24,000 nt of DNA from Cyanobacteria bacterium J06638_28 (GCA_039819045.1 JBCBSR010000009.1:37076-61075); one strand, 5' to 3'. Shown: positions 9,228 through 17,461, counted from the first letter of the stretch. Program-made: numbers and translations. Notes: generated from the letters alone by a model not told the origin.

Positions 9228-11585
9228 CTACCCAATCGCCACCATGCGAGCCGTGAAAAAGGCCCAGGTCGTGACGATACCGCCTAATAGGTAATGTGCA
9301 ACCCCTACAGCTCGCCCATGGGTGATGCTCAAGGCTCGGGGTTGAATGGCTGTGGTGATCCTCAATTTGTTGTGCGCCCAAACGATGGATTCAATGAGCT
9401 CTTGCCAGTAGCCGCGACCACTGAAAAGGAACATCAAGCTAAAGCCAAAGACAAAATGCCCTGCTAGGAAGATCAGCCCATAGGCCGAAAGTGCTGAGCC
9501 ATAGGAGCCAATTGCCTGGGATGCCTGAGCCCACAAGAAGTCCCGCAACCAGCCATTATTCGTGATGGCCGATTGGGCAAAGTTACCCCCTGTGATGTGG
9601 GTGATGGTGCCATCCGGACTGATCGTGCCCCACACATCCGACTGCATTTTCCAGAAGAAGTGGAAAATCACAATCGATAGGGAGTTGTACATCCAAAACA
9701 GCCCTAGGAAGACATGATCCCAAGCCGAGACTTGACAGGTACCGCCACGACCTGGCCCATCGCACGGAAAGCGGAAACCCAATTCTGCCTTATCCGGAAT
9801 CAACCGCGAACTGCGGGCAAACAGCACGCCCTTAAGAAGTACCAGCACCGTTACGTGAATAGTGAACGCATGGATGTGGTGAATTAAAAAATCCGCAGTG
9901 CCCAGGTGAATGGGCATCATGGCGATTTTGCCGCCAACCGCCACCACATCACCGCCAAACGCATGGCTAATGGGAGCCATCACCCCAGGTACCGTCGTTC
10001 CCAAGCCTGTCAGTTCAAGATTACGGAGGCCGCCAAATACATTTCCTAAAGGCTGAGCGGCCTGTAGGGCTGAGTTATTGACTGCCATGGTGTGAATATG
10101 TTGAACCCACTGGGCAAAAATGGGCTGAAGCTGAATGCCCGTATCCGAGAACATATCCTGAGGTCGCCCAAAGGCTCGCATGGTGTCGTTGTGACAGTAC
10201 ATAGCAAAACTATGGAAGCCCAAGAACTGACAAACCCAAACGAGGTGCGAAATGATGGCATCGCGGTGACGTAGTACCCGATCCAATACGTTATTGACGT
10301 GATCGGCGGGATTATAGTCTCGTACAAAGAAGATGGCCGCATGGGCCGCGCCCCCGACAATGCAGAACCCAGCAATCCATACATGATGGGTGAATAGCGA
10401 GGTAACGGTGGCATAGTCCGTGGCTAGATAAGGATAAGGCGGCATGGCATACATGTGATGCGCCACCAGCAAACTAGCTGTGCCAAACTGCACCAGGTGA
10501 ATGGCTAAGTTGGCGTGCCAAGACGTTTCAAAGATCTTGTCGAGACCTCGGTGCCCCACCGGGCCAATAAAGTTGAAAAGGGGAAACATCTTCGGAGTTC
10601 TGGCATCATCCAGCAGTTCCCGGAAGGTGTGGCCAATGCCCCAGTTCGTACGATAGAAGTGTCCAGCAATGATGAACAAGACCGCGATCGCCACGTGATG
10701 GTGAGCGATATCCGTCATCCACAAGCCCCCCGTGACGGGATTCAGGCCCCCCTTGAAGGTAAGAAAATCGGTATAGGCTGACCAGTTCAGCGTAAAGAAC
10801 GGCTTGAGCCCCTGGGCAAAGCTGGGATACAGCTCCGCCATCAGGCTCTTATCGAGAATGAAGTCATGGGGCAAGGGGATATCTTGCAAGCTGATCCCAG
10901 CATCTAATAGCTTGTTCGTCGGGGCAGCTACATGGATTAAGTGCCCAGCCCAGCCTAAACTCCCCAGTCCCAGTAGTCCGGCTAGGTGGTGGTTCATCAT
11001 GGATTCCCAATTGCGGAACCACTCCAGCTTGGGGGCTCGCACATGGTAGTGAAACCATCCGGCAAATAGCATCAGGCCAGCCATGACCAACGCCCCCATG
11101 GCAGTCCAAAAGAGTTGGAACTCATGGGTAAATCCCTGGCCACGCCACATCTGGAACAGGCCCGAGGTAATCTGAATACCGTGAAAGCCACCCCCCACAT
11201 CGGCGTTAAGAATATCCTGGCCGACGAGGGGCCAAACAACCTGGGCACTGGGTTTCACATGGATTGGATCAGCCATCCAAGCAGAAAAGTTGGAAAACCG
11301 CGCGCCATGAAAATACATGCCGCTTAGCCAGATAAAGATGATGGCCAGATGCCCAAAATGGGCGGCGAAGATTTTGCGTGAAATGTCTTCTAAGTTACCG
11401 GTGTGGGTATCAAAATCGTGAGCATCGGCATGAAGGTTCCAAATCCAGGTGGTGGTTTTGGGGCCTTTTGCCAGGGTGCGTTCAAAGTGTCCCGGTTTAG
11501 CCCATGGCTCAAACGAGGTGGGAACTGGATTGTCATCAACGACAACTCGCACCGGTTGTCGTTGCTTGGGAGGACTCGTTGTCAT
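9228..11585 (-). CDS. psaA: Photosystem I P700 apoprotein A1 paralog, PsaA2
   Basis: The 785-aa protein has the PsaA N-terminus ([21 protein letters not shown]) and the FX motif [25 protein letters not shown] lies 7 nt upstream of the ATG. It starts 64 bp downstream of chlF. Confidence 0.95.
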   Translation of the reverse strand: MTTSPPKQRQPVRVVVDDNPVPTSFEPWAKPGHFERTLAKGPKTTTWIWNLHADAHDFDTHTGNLEDISRKIFAAHFGHLAIIFIWLSGMYFHGARFSNFSAWMADPIHVKPSAQVVWPLVGQDILNADVGGGFHGIQITSGLFQMWRGQGFTHEFQLFWTAMGALVMAGLMLFAGWFHYHVRAPKLEWFRNWESMMNHHLAGLLGLGSLGWAGHLIHVAAPTNKLLDAGISLQDIPLPHDFILDKSLMAELYPSFAQGLKPFFTLNWSAYTDFLTFKGGLNPVTGGLWMTDIAHHHVAIAVLFIIAGHFYRTNWGIGHTFRELLDDARTPKMFPLFNFIGPVGHRGLDKIFETSWHANLAIHLVQFGTASLLVAHHMYAMPPYPYLATDYATVTSLFTHHVWIAGFCIVGGAAHAAIFFVRDYNPADHVNNVLDRVLRHRDAIISHLVWVCQFLGFHSFAMYCHNDTMRAFGRPQDMFSDTGIQLQPIFAQWVQHIHTMAVNNSALQAAQPLGNVFGGLRNLELTGLGTTVPGVMAPISHAFGGDVVAVGGKIAMMPIHLGTADFLIHHIHAFTIHVTVLVLLKGVLFARSSRLIPDKAELGFRFPCDGPGRGGTCQVSAWDHVFLGLFWMYNSLSIVIFHFFWKMQSDVWGTISPDGTITHITGGNFAQSAITNNGWLRDFLWAQASQAIGSYGSALSAYGLIFLAGHFVFGFSLMFLFSGRGYWQELIESIVWAHNKLRITTAIQPRALSITHGRAVGVAHYLLGGIVTTWAFFTARMVAIG

Positions 11586-11649
11586 TAAAAACCTCCTGAT
11601 TTTTACTCAAAAACTGATTGATGGAAACGCCTGGATGTCAATCAGGCCA

Positions 11650-12816
11650 TCAATCTTGGGATGGCCTCGTGGCTGAAGTATTGATGTTCGTATCCAACTC
11701 AGCGATCGCCCCCAGAACCACCGGAAAAGGAACTTCACTGGTGTCTTCAATCGCTTGGATCCCCTGATTGACGCGGGTTACTACATCGGCCCAAGTGGGT
11801 ACCACTGTTTTCTGGTGGTAGGTCTCGGATAACGGAGTTGTGAAAATCTGATCAAAACCAAAGGCAGCAGTGTCTATCCCGAGTGCTGCTGACCAAATAC
11901 CTGCAACCGGAAAGGCCGCCAAGAAAAAGTGCAGCGATCGCGAAGTTGTGAAACTGCATCCGCGCCACAACAGCTTCTGCTGATTCGCTTGAATATGCTC
12001 AAAGCTGTAGGCCCGTCGCGTATTCTTGGCCCAAGGTGGTTGCGGAAAGAAAGAGGGCGCATCGGGATGGCGAATGAGCGCCGATGTCACCAAAGCCCCA
12101 TGGGCTGCACAGAGCAAAGAGCCGCCAAACACACCAATGACACCTAACTGATGAAAAGGGTTTGCGAGAATGTTGTGGTCGGCCTGGAACTGCAACATGA
12201 ACGTAAAGGTACCGGCGATACCTAGGGGCATGCCGGAAGCAAAACTGCCTTGGCCAATAGGGTAAATCAGCAATACCGAAACCGCTGCGGCAACGGGGGC
12301 TGTGAAAGCTAGTGAAATCCAGGGTCGCATCCCTAAGCGATAGCTCAGTTCCCATTCCCGATCTTGATAGGCAATAATGCCAATCACAAAGTGGAAAACG
12401 ATGAGCTGATAAGGGCCACCATTAATTAGCCACTCATGCAAAGAAGCCGCTTCCCAAATGGGATAAAAATGCAGTCCGATGGCTGGGGAGGTCGGGACAA
12501 CAGCAGCGGTAATGAGGTTATTGCCACTGAATAAAGCGCCCGACAACAGATTGCCAGTGCCATCAACATCGACTGGAGGGGCTAGCAATAGCGCCAGAAC
12601 AAACGTAATAGCAGCGGCTGATAAAGTTGGAATCATCAACACGCCAAACCAGCCAATATAGATGCGATTGTCGGTGCTCGTAACCCATCGACAAAAGCGT
12701 TCCCAGGGATGAATATTGGACGAACTTCTTAGGGTGTCTAGGGAGCGCTTAATATTTGGGACTTCTTTTAGTTGGTCAAGAGGATCGACAGCGATCGCTC
12801 TACCAAGCTGTGTCAT
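11650..12816 (-). CDS. chlF: Chlorophyll f synthase (super-rogue D1, PsbA4/ChlF)
   Basis: It has the D1 fold ([31 protein letters not shown]). [10 protein letters not shown] replaces the D1 sequence YMGR(Q/E)WELSY (QD codons 12361-12366). The Mn4CaO5 ligands are lost: D170 to S (FASGMP), E189 to D (QADHN), and the HERNAHNFPLDLA tail becomes [14 protein letters not shown]. Confidence 0.9.
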   Translation of the reverse strand: MTQLGRAIAVDPLDQLKEVPNIKRSLDTLRSSSNIHPWERFCRWVTSTDNRIYIGWFGVLMIPTLSAAAITFVLALLLAPPVDVDGTGNLLSGALFSGNNLITAAVVPTSPAIGLHFYPIWEAASLHEWLINGGPYQLIVFHFVIGIIAYQDREWELSYRLGMRPWISLAFTAPVAAAVSVLLIYPIGQGSFASGMPLGIAGTFTFMLQFQADHNILANPFHQLGVIGVFGGSLLCAAHGALVTSALIRHPDAPSFFPQPPWAKNTRRAYSFEHIQANQQKLLWRGCSFTTSRSLHFFLAAFPVAGIWSAALGIDTAAFGFDQIFTTPLSETYHQKTVVPTWADVVTRVNQGIQAIEDTSEVPFPVVLGAIAELDTNINTSATRPSQD

Positions 12817-13349
12817 CTTAAAGCTCCTGTATTCATAATTTGTACAACCGTGAATCGTTCACTATCGGCAGGTATCAGCCAGTGAAAGCGCGACAATTAA
12901 TTGACCTGATTCAGACAAAATAGATAAAAATCATCTTCTTAAAAATGAACCTATTGCCTGAAAATCTGCATGCCTTGCAACAAATTGCGGTCTATTAAAC
13001 GCTGAAGGTCAATAAGAAAATTCCTGCTAGCAGAACTCATAATAGAAAGTGGGTCTTTTTCTTGGGTAGGAACCACTAGCAGGAAAATAAAGACCAATTC
13101 GAGAAATCGATTTACCTCGATTTAATGAAGCAGCATAGGGAAGAAAAGTGAAAAACCGATGAAGATACCCTGCCAATTTAGAAAAAGTTACAGTTAAATG
13201 CCTTATGCCCTGGTGAATCCAGGAAATTCCTTTCTCCGTAAGCTCAAGCATGGATAAGCCCGACTTAGAAGAATTATGCCAATATTTCTTCGGCGACTAA
13301 GCTGCATTTTTATCCGTAGCTTGCTTTGAATAGCTGCTTAATTGATAGT

Positions 13350-13370
13350 CTTTATTCACTTGTAGAATTT
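13350..13370 (+). promoter_or_regulatory. Candidate cis-element CTTTATTCACT-N3-AGAATTT, about 115 bp upstream of psbV2
   Basis: A near-identical copy lies at 16555-16574 in the other large divergent intergenic region. Confidence 0.25.
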
Positions 13371-13481
13371 TATTCGAGGTGTTACTTAGGAATGTTTTTG
13401 AAAATACAAAAGATGAAATTTGAAAATTAAAACTATGCTATTTTTGATTTATTGCTAAATGAATTTGAGGATAAAGTCTGG

Positions 13482-13991
13482 ATGTTTATTCATTTGTTGA
13501 GAATTCTGAAAAAAGTTGTGATCGGCTCTGTTTTTATGGGGTTTGTTTCATTGACATGGGCTGGTACTGTCAATGCCGCAGAAATTGACAGTACGACACG
13601 AACGGTAACTCTGAATTCTTCAGGAGACCCAATCACCCTAACAACAAAACAGTTGCTGATTGGTCAGCGTAAATTTAACGGAACCTGTTCTCAGTGCCAT
13701 CTAGAGGGTGGCACTAAGCCTAATCCAAGTGTGGATCTGAGCCCTGAAACATTGGCCTTGGCCACGCCCTCCCGTAATAACGTAGAAAGTATCGTTGACT
13801 ATTTAGAAACCCCTACGACATATGATGGCTTGCAGTCTATTGCTGACCTTCATCCATCGACTAGGCGGACTGACATTTTCCCTAAAATGCGCGATCTCAC
13901 TCAAGAGGACTTAACCGCGATCGCTGGCTATATACTGGTTCAGCCTAAAATTGTGGGCGACCAATGGGCTGGTGGCAAACCTGCACGTTAG
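13482..13991 (+). CDS. psbV: Cytochrome c-550 paralog, PsbV2
   Basis: It has a signal peptide ending TVNA/AE, the heme motif CSQCH, and PsbV blocks SVDLSPETLALATPSRNN, TPTTYDG, LHPS and DIFPKMRDLT..DLTAIAGYIL. I prefer ATG 13482 (GAGGA upstream) to the track TTG at 13452. Confidence 0.85.
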   Translation: MFIHLLRILKKVVIGSVFMGFVSLTWAGTVNAAEIDSTTRTVTLNSSGDPITLTTKQLLIGQRKFNGTCSQCHLEGGTKPNPSVDLSPETLALATPSRNNVESIVDYLETPTTYDGLQSIADLHPSTRRTDIFPKMRDLTQEDLTAIAGYILVQPKIVGDQWAGGKPAR

Positions 13992-13994
13992 CTC

Positions 13995-14033
13995 AAAAAC
14001 CCTCAGCGTTCTATAAGACGCTGGGGGTTTGTT
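13995..14033. terminator. Bidirectional intrinsic terminator between convergent psbV2 and the nblA-like gene
   Basis: The stem is ccctcagcgt (14000-14009) with acgctggggg (14018-14027), including one G-U pair. It is flanked by aaaaa on the left (a U-run for the minus transcript) and tttgtt on the right (a U-run for the plus transcript). Confidence 0.65.
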
Positions 14034-14055
14034 AGGAGAAATGGCCTATCAGAAT

Positions 14056-14223
14056 CTAAATGTCTTTGAGCAAACGTTTGAACAGATTCTCCTTCATCAT
14101 CATCTGCCGCATAATTTTGACGACATAGTCCTGTGCCTGCTCGATCGATAACCCCTTCACCTGTTCCTCAATGATTTTCAGCTCAAACTCTTGCTCTAGA
14201 GTCAACTTTCCTGAGAACTCCAT
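14056..14223 (-). CDS. nblA: NblA-like phycobilisome degradation protein (55 aa)
   Basis: Below the track cutoff. Manual translation gives MEFSGKLTLEQEFELKIIEEQVKGLSIEQAQDYVVKIMRQMMMKENLFKRLLKDI. This follows the NblA pattern L(S/T)LEQ(Q/E)F...V..(L/M)S..QA.D..V.(L/I)..QM...E..(F/Y)..L(L/I)K. GGAGGAG lies upstream of the ATG. Confidence 0.75.
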   Translation of the reverse strand: MEFSGKLTLEQEFELKIIEEQVKGLSIEQAQDYVVKIMRQMMMKENLFKRLLKDI

Positions 14224-14262
14224 TACAATTTCTCCTCCGTCAAGATCATGCTTTCGATGCTG

Positions 14263-14397
14263 TTAACGCTGAATGAACTGCATCGCAGCGATCGCACCTA
14301 GAAAAAAGACGGTTGGAATGGCTAACGTATGTACGGCTAGCCATCTGACGGTAAAAATGGGATAAGTTACTGCTTGGTCACGGTTAAAGTTATTCAT
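14263..14397 (-). CDS. psbF: Cytochrome b559 beta-subunit paralog, PsbF2 (44 aa)
   Basis: Manual translation gives [44 protein letters not shown]. It is near-identical to the PsbF consensus, including the heme-ligating His in RWLAVHTLA. Confidence 0.9.
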   Translation of the reverse strand: MNNFNRDQAVTYPIFTVRWLAVHTLAIPTVFFLGAIAAMQFIQR

Positions 14398-14424
14398 GCT
14401 AAGTAAATTCCTGCTAACGACTGA

Positions 14425-15093
14425 TCAGACGACTTCTGGTTCGACGCGACCATAGAATTGACCTTGGATTTTGACGTCCATGGCTTCTTTCGCACCGAAA
14501 TCAGTGTCCGAAGGCTGCTCGCTCTCGAAAAAACCGGCAATTTCTCCGGTTATGCGATTGACCCGGTTAATCCGCAGTGAAATTTTTCCCTCGCCCACAT
14601 CAAAGGACTTCAGCGTTGGACGAGCAAATGCTTCACTATCCGCCTGGATTGGCAAACCCATGACAGCGTCATAACCCATCGTCAAGCCTCGACCTTTAGG
14701 GTCAATGAAACTGGATGTTCGATAAGGAGGGACCTGAAAGTTGCCAACTAAACGTGTCGAAGGGCCAAGGTTACGGGATGGATTCTGATTTTTGGCCACG
14801 AGTCCTTTAACGGTGAACAGCAGCGGTACCCGTTCACCATCCGGCAACTGTACGGTTACAGGCTGAAAGTCGAATCCACCCTGCTCAGTAAATTGCAAGC
14901 TACCATCAGAACTCATGTCGAGCGAACCACTGACCTGATCAAGGGTGAAACTTTCGCGCGTTAATGGTTTGGTGACCACGAATTTACTCTCTTGGCGTTT
15001 CATCAGTGGCGATCGCCGAACCAAAAAGGTTTTGGGCTCTAAGCAGAGTTCTTTTATTTGATAGGACTTGTTTATATCGATGGCAATCTCATC
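14425..15093 (-). pseudogene. psbO: psbO2 (manganese-stabilising protein paralog), C-terminal fragment downstream of the IS insertion
   Basis: PsbO blocks ELCLEPKTF, VTVQLPDGERVPLLFTVKGLVA, FIDPKGRG, FESEQPSDTDFGAK and DVKIQGQFY. The true reading frame enters from the IS junction at 15093. Confidence 0.9.
15086..15093. repeat. Target-site duplication, copy 1 (atctcatc)
   Basis: The identical octamer recurs at 16274-16281. Each copy directly abuts an IS terminal inverted repeat. Confidence 0.8.
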
Positions 15094-15117
15094 GAGTGCA
15101 GCCCAGTCTTGCAAGAC

Positions 15118-15951
15118 TCACTGCGAGAACCTGCCATTGAGATAAGCACAGCGCTGCCATAGCACTGATTGCACATTGTCCTCATGCCACTGAGCCCCTG
15201 AGATTTTGACCCGTCTTCCAATCTGCTTGACGGTTGACTCAATCTCACCTGAGCCGACCGAAATACCTTCAGCCTGGTAATAGCTGTAGTTGACGATGCG
15301 GTGTCGGTGTTTGGCAAGATAAGCGATGAATCGCTCCACGCGCGCATGCTGCCAGTCATCGAATAAGGCGACGGCCCCCTCGACATCACCGTTCCATAGT
15401 CTGGCTTCCACCGCATTGAGTCGCGACTGCGAGCCGCCCACTTTGCCCAGGTTCTCGACGAGGTGGTACCAATCTAAGATCTCAAGGCGCTGTATTGCCC
15501 CATCGAGTTGGGCAAACAACTTCCAAATGCCATCATGACCATCGCCCAGACAAACTAACGGAGAGGCTAGCGGTTGCTGATTGACCCAGTTGACCAGACT
15601 CTGATTGTCTCGAAAGTAGGCACTGACATCGCATTGGTGCAGGTTGACAGCTTTATAGTCACGCCATTCACTGGGTTCGCCCAAAGGTGTCCGCAAGCGT
15701 ACCTTGCCGCCGTCAAGGCTCATCTCCTTCACCCCACAATCGACCTCGGGGGATATCCATTCTTGTCGATGAACCAGACGTTGTTGCGTGCTGCTCGACA
15801 CCGTGATACCCGTCAGTATGGCAATATCCTCAGCGGCACACTGGTAGGACTCGTTGGCGCTTACCAACAGACAACACTTTTCTAAATACGGACTCCACTG
15901 GCTACGAGCTTTGAGCCCTAAACGTTGGCCTTGACGTTCACTGATGCTCAA
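15118..15951 (-). CDS. IS transposase, catalytic part (orfB frame)
   Basis: The 277-aa product has DDE-like blocks MSLDGGKVRLR, CLGDGHDGIW and GSGEIESTVKQIGRRVKISGAQW. It has no convincing start of its own (TTG) and lies in the -1 frame relative to orfA. Confidence 0.8.
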   Translation of the reverse strand: MSISERQGQRLGLKARSQWSPYLEKCCLLVSANESYQCAAEDIAILTGITVSSSTQQRLVHRQEWISPEVDCGVKEMSLDGGKVRLRTPLGEPSEWRDYKAVNLHQCDVSAYFRDNQSLVNWVNQQPLASPLVCLGDGHDGIWKLFAQLDGAIQRLEILDWYHLVENLGKVGGSQSRLNAVEARLWNGDVEGAVALFDDWQHARVERFIAYLAKHRHRIVNYSYYQAEGISVGSGEIESTVKQIGRRVKISGAQWHEDNVQSVLWQRCAYLNGRFSQ

Positions 15952-16208
15952 GTCTCCGATGATGCTGGCGATTGCTCGATGCCGTCCACTCGTAGTGCCG
16001 CTGCTCGTGCAGATAAAAAATTACCGATTTCCGGCCCTACATGCTCTAGCAGATGACCACGTACGGCTTTTTCAATCCCTTCTAGGGTCTTAACCGCTTC
16101 TGGGTCAGTCTCCTCATACAGCAACGCTGCGATCTCCTCAGTCAGGACTTTGAGGCGGGCTTCCTTCGAGGCATCCATGGGGTAACCAGTGAGGGGTGAA
16201 CTCTCCAA
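15948..16208 (-). CDS. IS transposase, N-terminal part (orfA frame)
   Basis: 86-aa ORF; the likely ATG is at 16178 (MDASKEARLK). It contains the heptamer T_TTT_TTA (16014-16020) in the X_XXY_YYZ register. The -1 frame is open from that point into orfB. Confidence 0.65.
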   Translation of the reverse strand: MESSPLTGYPMDASKEARLKVLTEEIAALLYEETDPEAVKTLEGIEKAVRGHLLEHVGPEIGNFLSARAAALRVDGIEQSPASSET

Positions 16209-16273
16209 AGCTTACCGCTCGTGCCATCATCCAAGGTGAGCATGATTACTCATTGCATAACTGGGATGCACTC

Positions 16274-16281
16274 ATCTCATC
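16274..16281. repeat. Target-site duplication, copy 2 (atctcatc)
   Basis: See 15086-15093. Confidence 0.8.
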
Positions 16282-16443
16282 TAAGCTAACCTCTGAAAGC
16301 TGAGGACAAAGATTCGCTAACCCACTCCCTCTAATATCGTCATAGCTTAGTGAAGCATTACTTGTTTGTGAGCCACTACTACAGGCAGTAAGTAATCCCA
16401 AACACAATGCTAAGAGAGTGGCTATTAAGGCACGGTATTTCAT
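16274..16443 (-). pseudogene. psbO: psbO2, N-terminal fragment upstream of the IS insertion
   Basis: MKYRALIATLLALCLGLLTACSSG is a signal/lipobox-like leader, followed by the PsbO N-terminal block LSYDDIRGSGLANLCPQLSE. The frame then reads into the IS end and stops. Confidence 0.9.
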
Positions 16444-16554
16444 CTTCTTACCCAAATCTACTTATTTGAACGATTGCTAAGTTTGGAGCATGAGCACCGA
16501 TGCTCGCTGCAATATAGGCGCTCCTTTTGAATTCAGATAAGGTCTTCTTCCTAC

Positions 16555-16574
16555 CTTTATTCACTGAAGAATTT
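16555..16574 (+). promoter_or_regulatory. Candidate cis-element CTTTATTCACT-N2-AGAATTT, about 115 bp from the psbO2 start codon
   Basis: Second copy of the bipartite motif at 13350-13370. It lies in the 1-kb psbO2/apcD5 divergent intergenic region. Confidence 0.25.
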
Positions 16575-16904
16575 CAGGCTCATGCAATTGAAGTTGACTT
16601 GCCCTCCTTAACTCTCAGCCTTGAGGTCAATCGAACTAAAAACCCCTCTATTTGGAGGATAGCGATAACCTTTGCATAAATCCTAAAATCCATGCTGCTA
16701 GGCGCAGAATATGAGAATTCTAAAGTGATGCCCACATCTAAACTCGAAAATATTAATCCTGCATGGCCATCATAAAACAGGTACTTGGATATCAATAAAA
16801 CCCAAGCACAGTAGTCACTAGCCATGTGGTTTAAGCAACTCAAGCCCTTGCCGACAGAGGCAATATCGCCCAGTCTGTATTAGGCATTTAATCAGGAAAA
16901 ACTA

Positions 16905-16984
16905 AAGAACTCATGAAGCGAGCATCTAGTCTTTGGGAGATGATTAACTTTGGTTAAGCGATTCTCATTCTTTCATGAGTTCTT
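16905..16984. repeat. Perfect 13-bp inverted repeat separated by 54 bp
   Basis: aagaactcatgaa (16905-16917) and ttcatgagttctt (16972-16984). Confidence 0.6.
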
Positions 16985-17461
16985 CATTTTCTTGGCTTAT
17001 TCTTCTTTCAAGCCTTAAGTCAAGTACAGGAGCTTATCAAGATACTTGAAAGCTCTTAGAGGTCCTCTCATATTTTGATAGGGCTTTGCTTGCCGCATCC
17101 TTTGATAAAGAAAGGTTAGGGTTACTTGAGTTGAATGCCCTCTGTTTTTTTGGCAATTTTTATAATGCTTTCTGTTTGATGCTAATTCTCTTTTAAGCCT
17201 TATTACCAAAAGAATTTAATCCCTCTGATGGTAATACTTACGCTATTAGGGTTGGCATCATGATAGATGCTTTCAGTGGGAATAAAAGTGCCTAAGGTCG
17301 ACACTTGCAGTCTTGCAGTTTGCTTTAGGTATGACTCATTTAGCCAAGGCATCTTTCCAAGGTCTTAAGTATTCGCAAGCTATACGTTAAACCTGATGCT
17401 AGAGGAAACGTGACTGAAGGTTGGCTTCTAATATTCAGTCTTGAAATAGGAGAATTTTAAA

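Larger units (their letters stand above)
15094..16273 (-). mobile_element. 1180-bp insertion sequence (DDE transposase, tentatively ISKra4-like) inserted in psbO2
   Basis: Terminal inverted repeats: 15094-15114 gagtgcagcccagtcttgcaa against the reverse complement of 16253-16273 gagtgcatcccagttatgcaa, 18/21 identical. It is flanked by an 8-bp direct repeat and carries a two-frame transposase on the minus strand. Confidence 0.85.

Noticed and set aside
13027-13251. 74-aa minus-strand ORF in the chlF/psbV2 divergent region
   Set aside because: The sequence is AT-rich and low-complexity, with no RBS or family resemblance. The region is more plausibly promoter DNA.
16580-17209. ORFs 16580-16843 (87 aa) and 17015-17209 (64 aa) in the 1-kb gap
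   Set aside because: There are no motifs, the composition is odd (the second is very basic) and there is no RBS. I treat the region as non-coding, though TSS or ribosome profiling data could revise this.
17304-17319. Recurring CTTGCA(A/G) strings near promoters (17304-17319 tandem, about 12975, about 4635, the hairpin loop at 6886, and the IS end at 15108-15114)
   Set aside because: A 6-7-mer of this kind is expected many times by chance in 24 kb, and one copy lies inside the IS terminal repeat. Only the tandem copy is mentioned, under the 1-kb gap finding.
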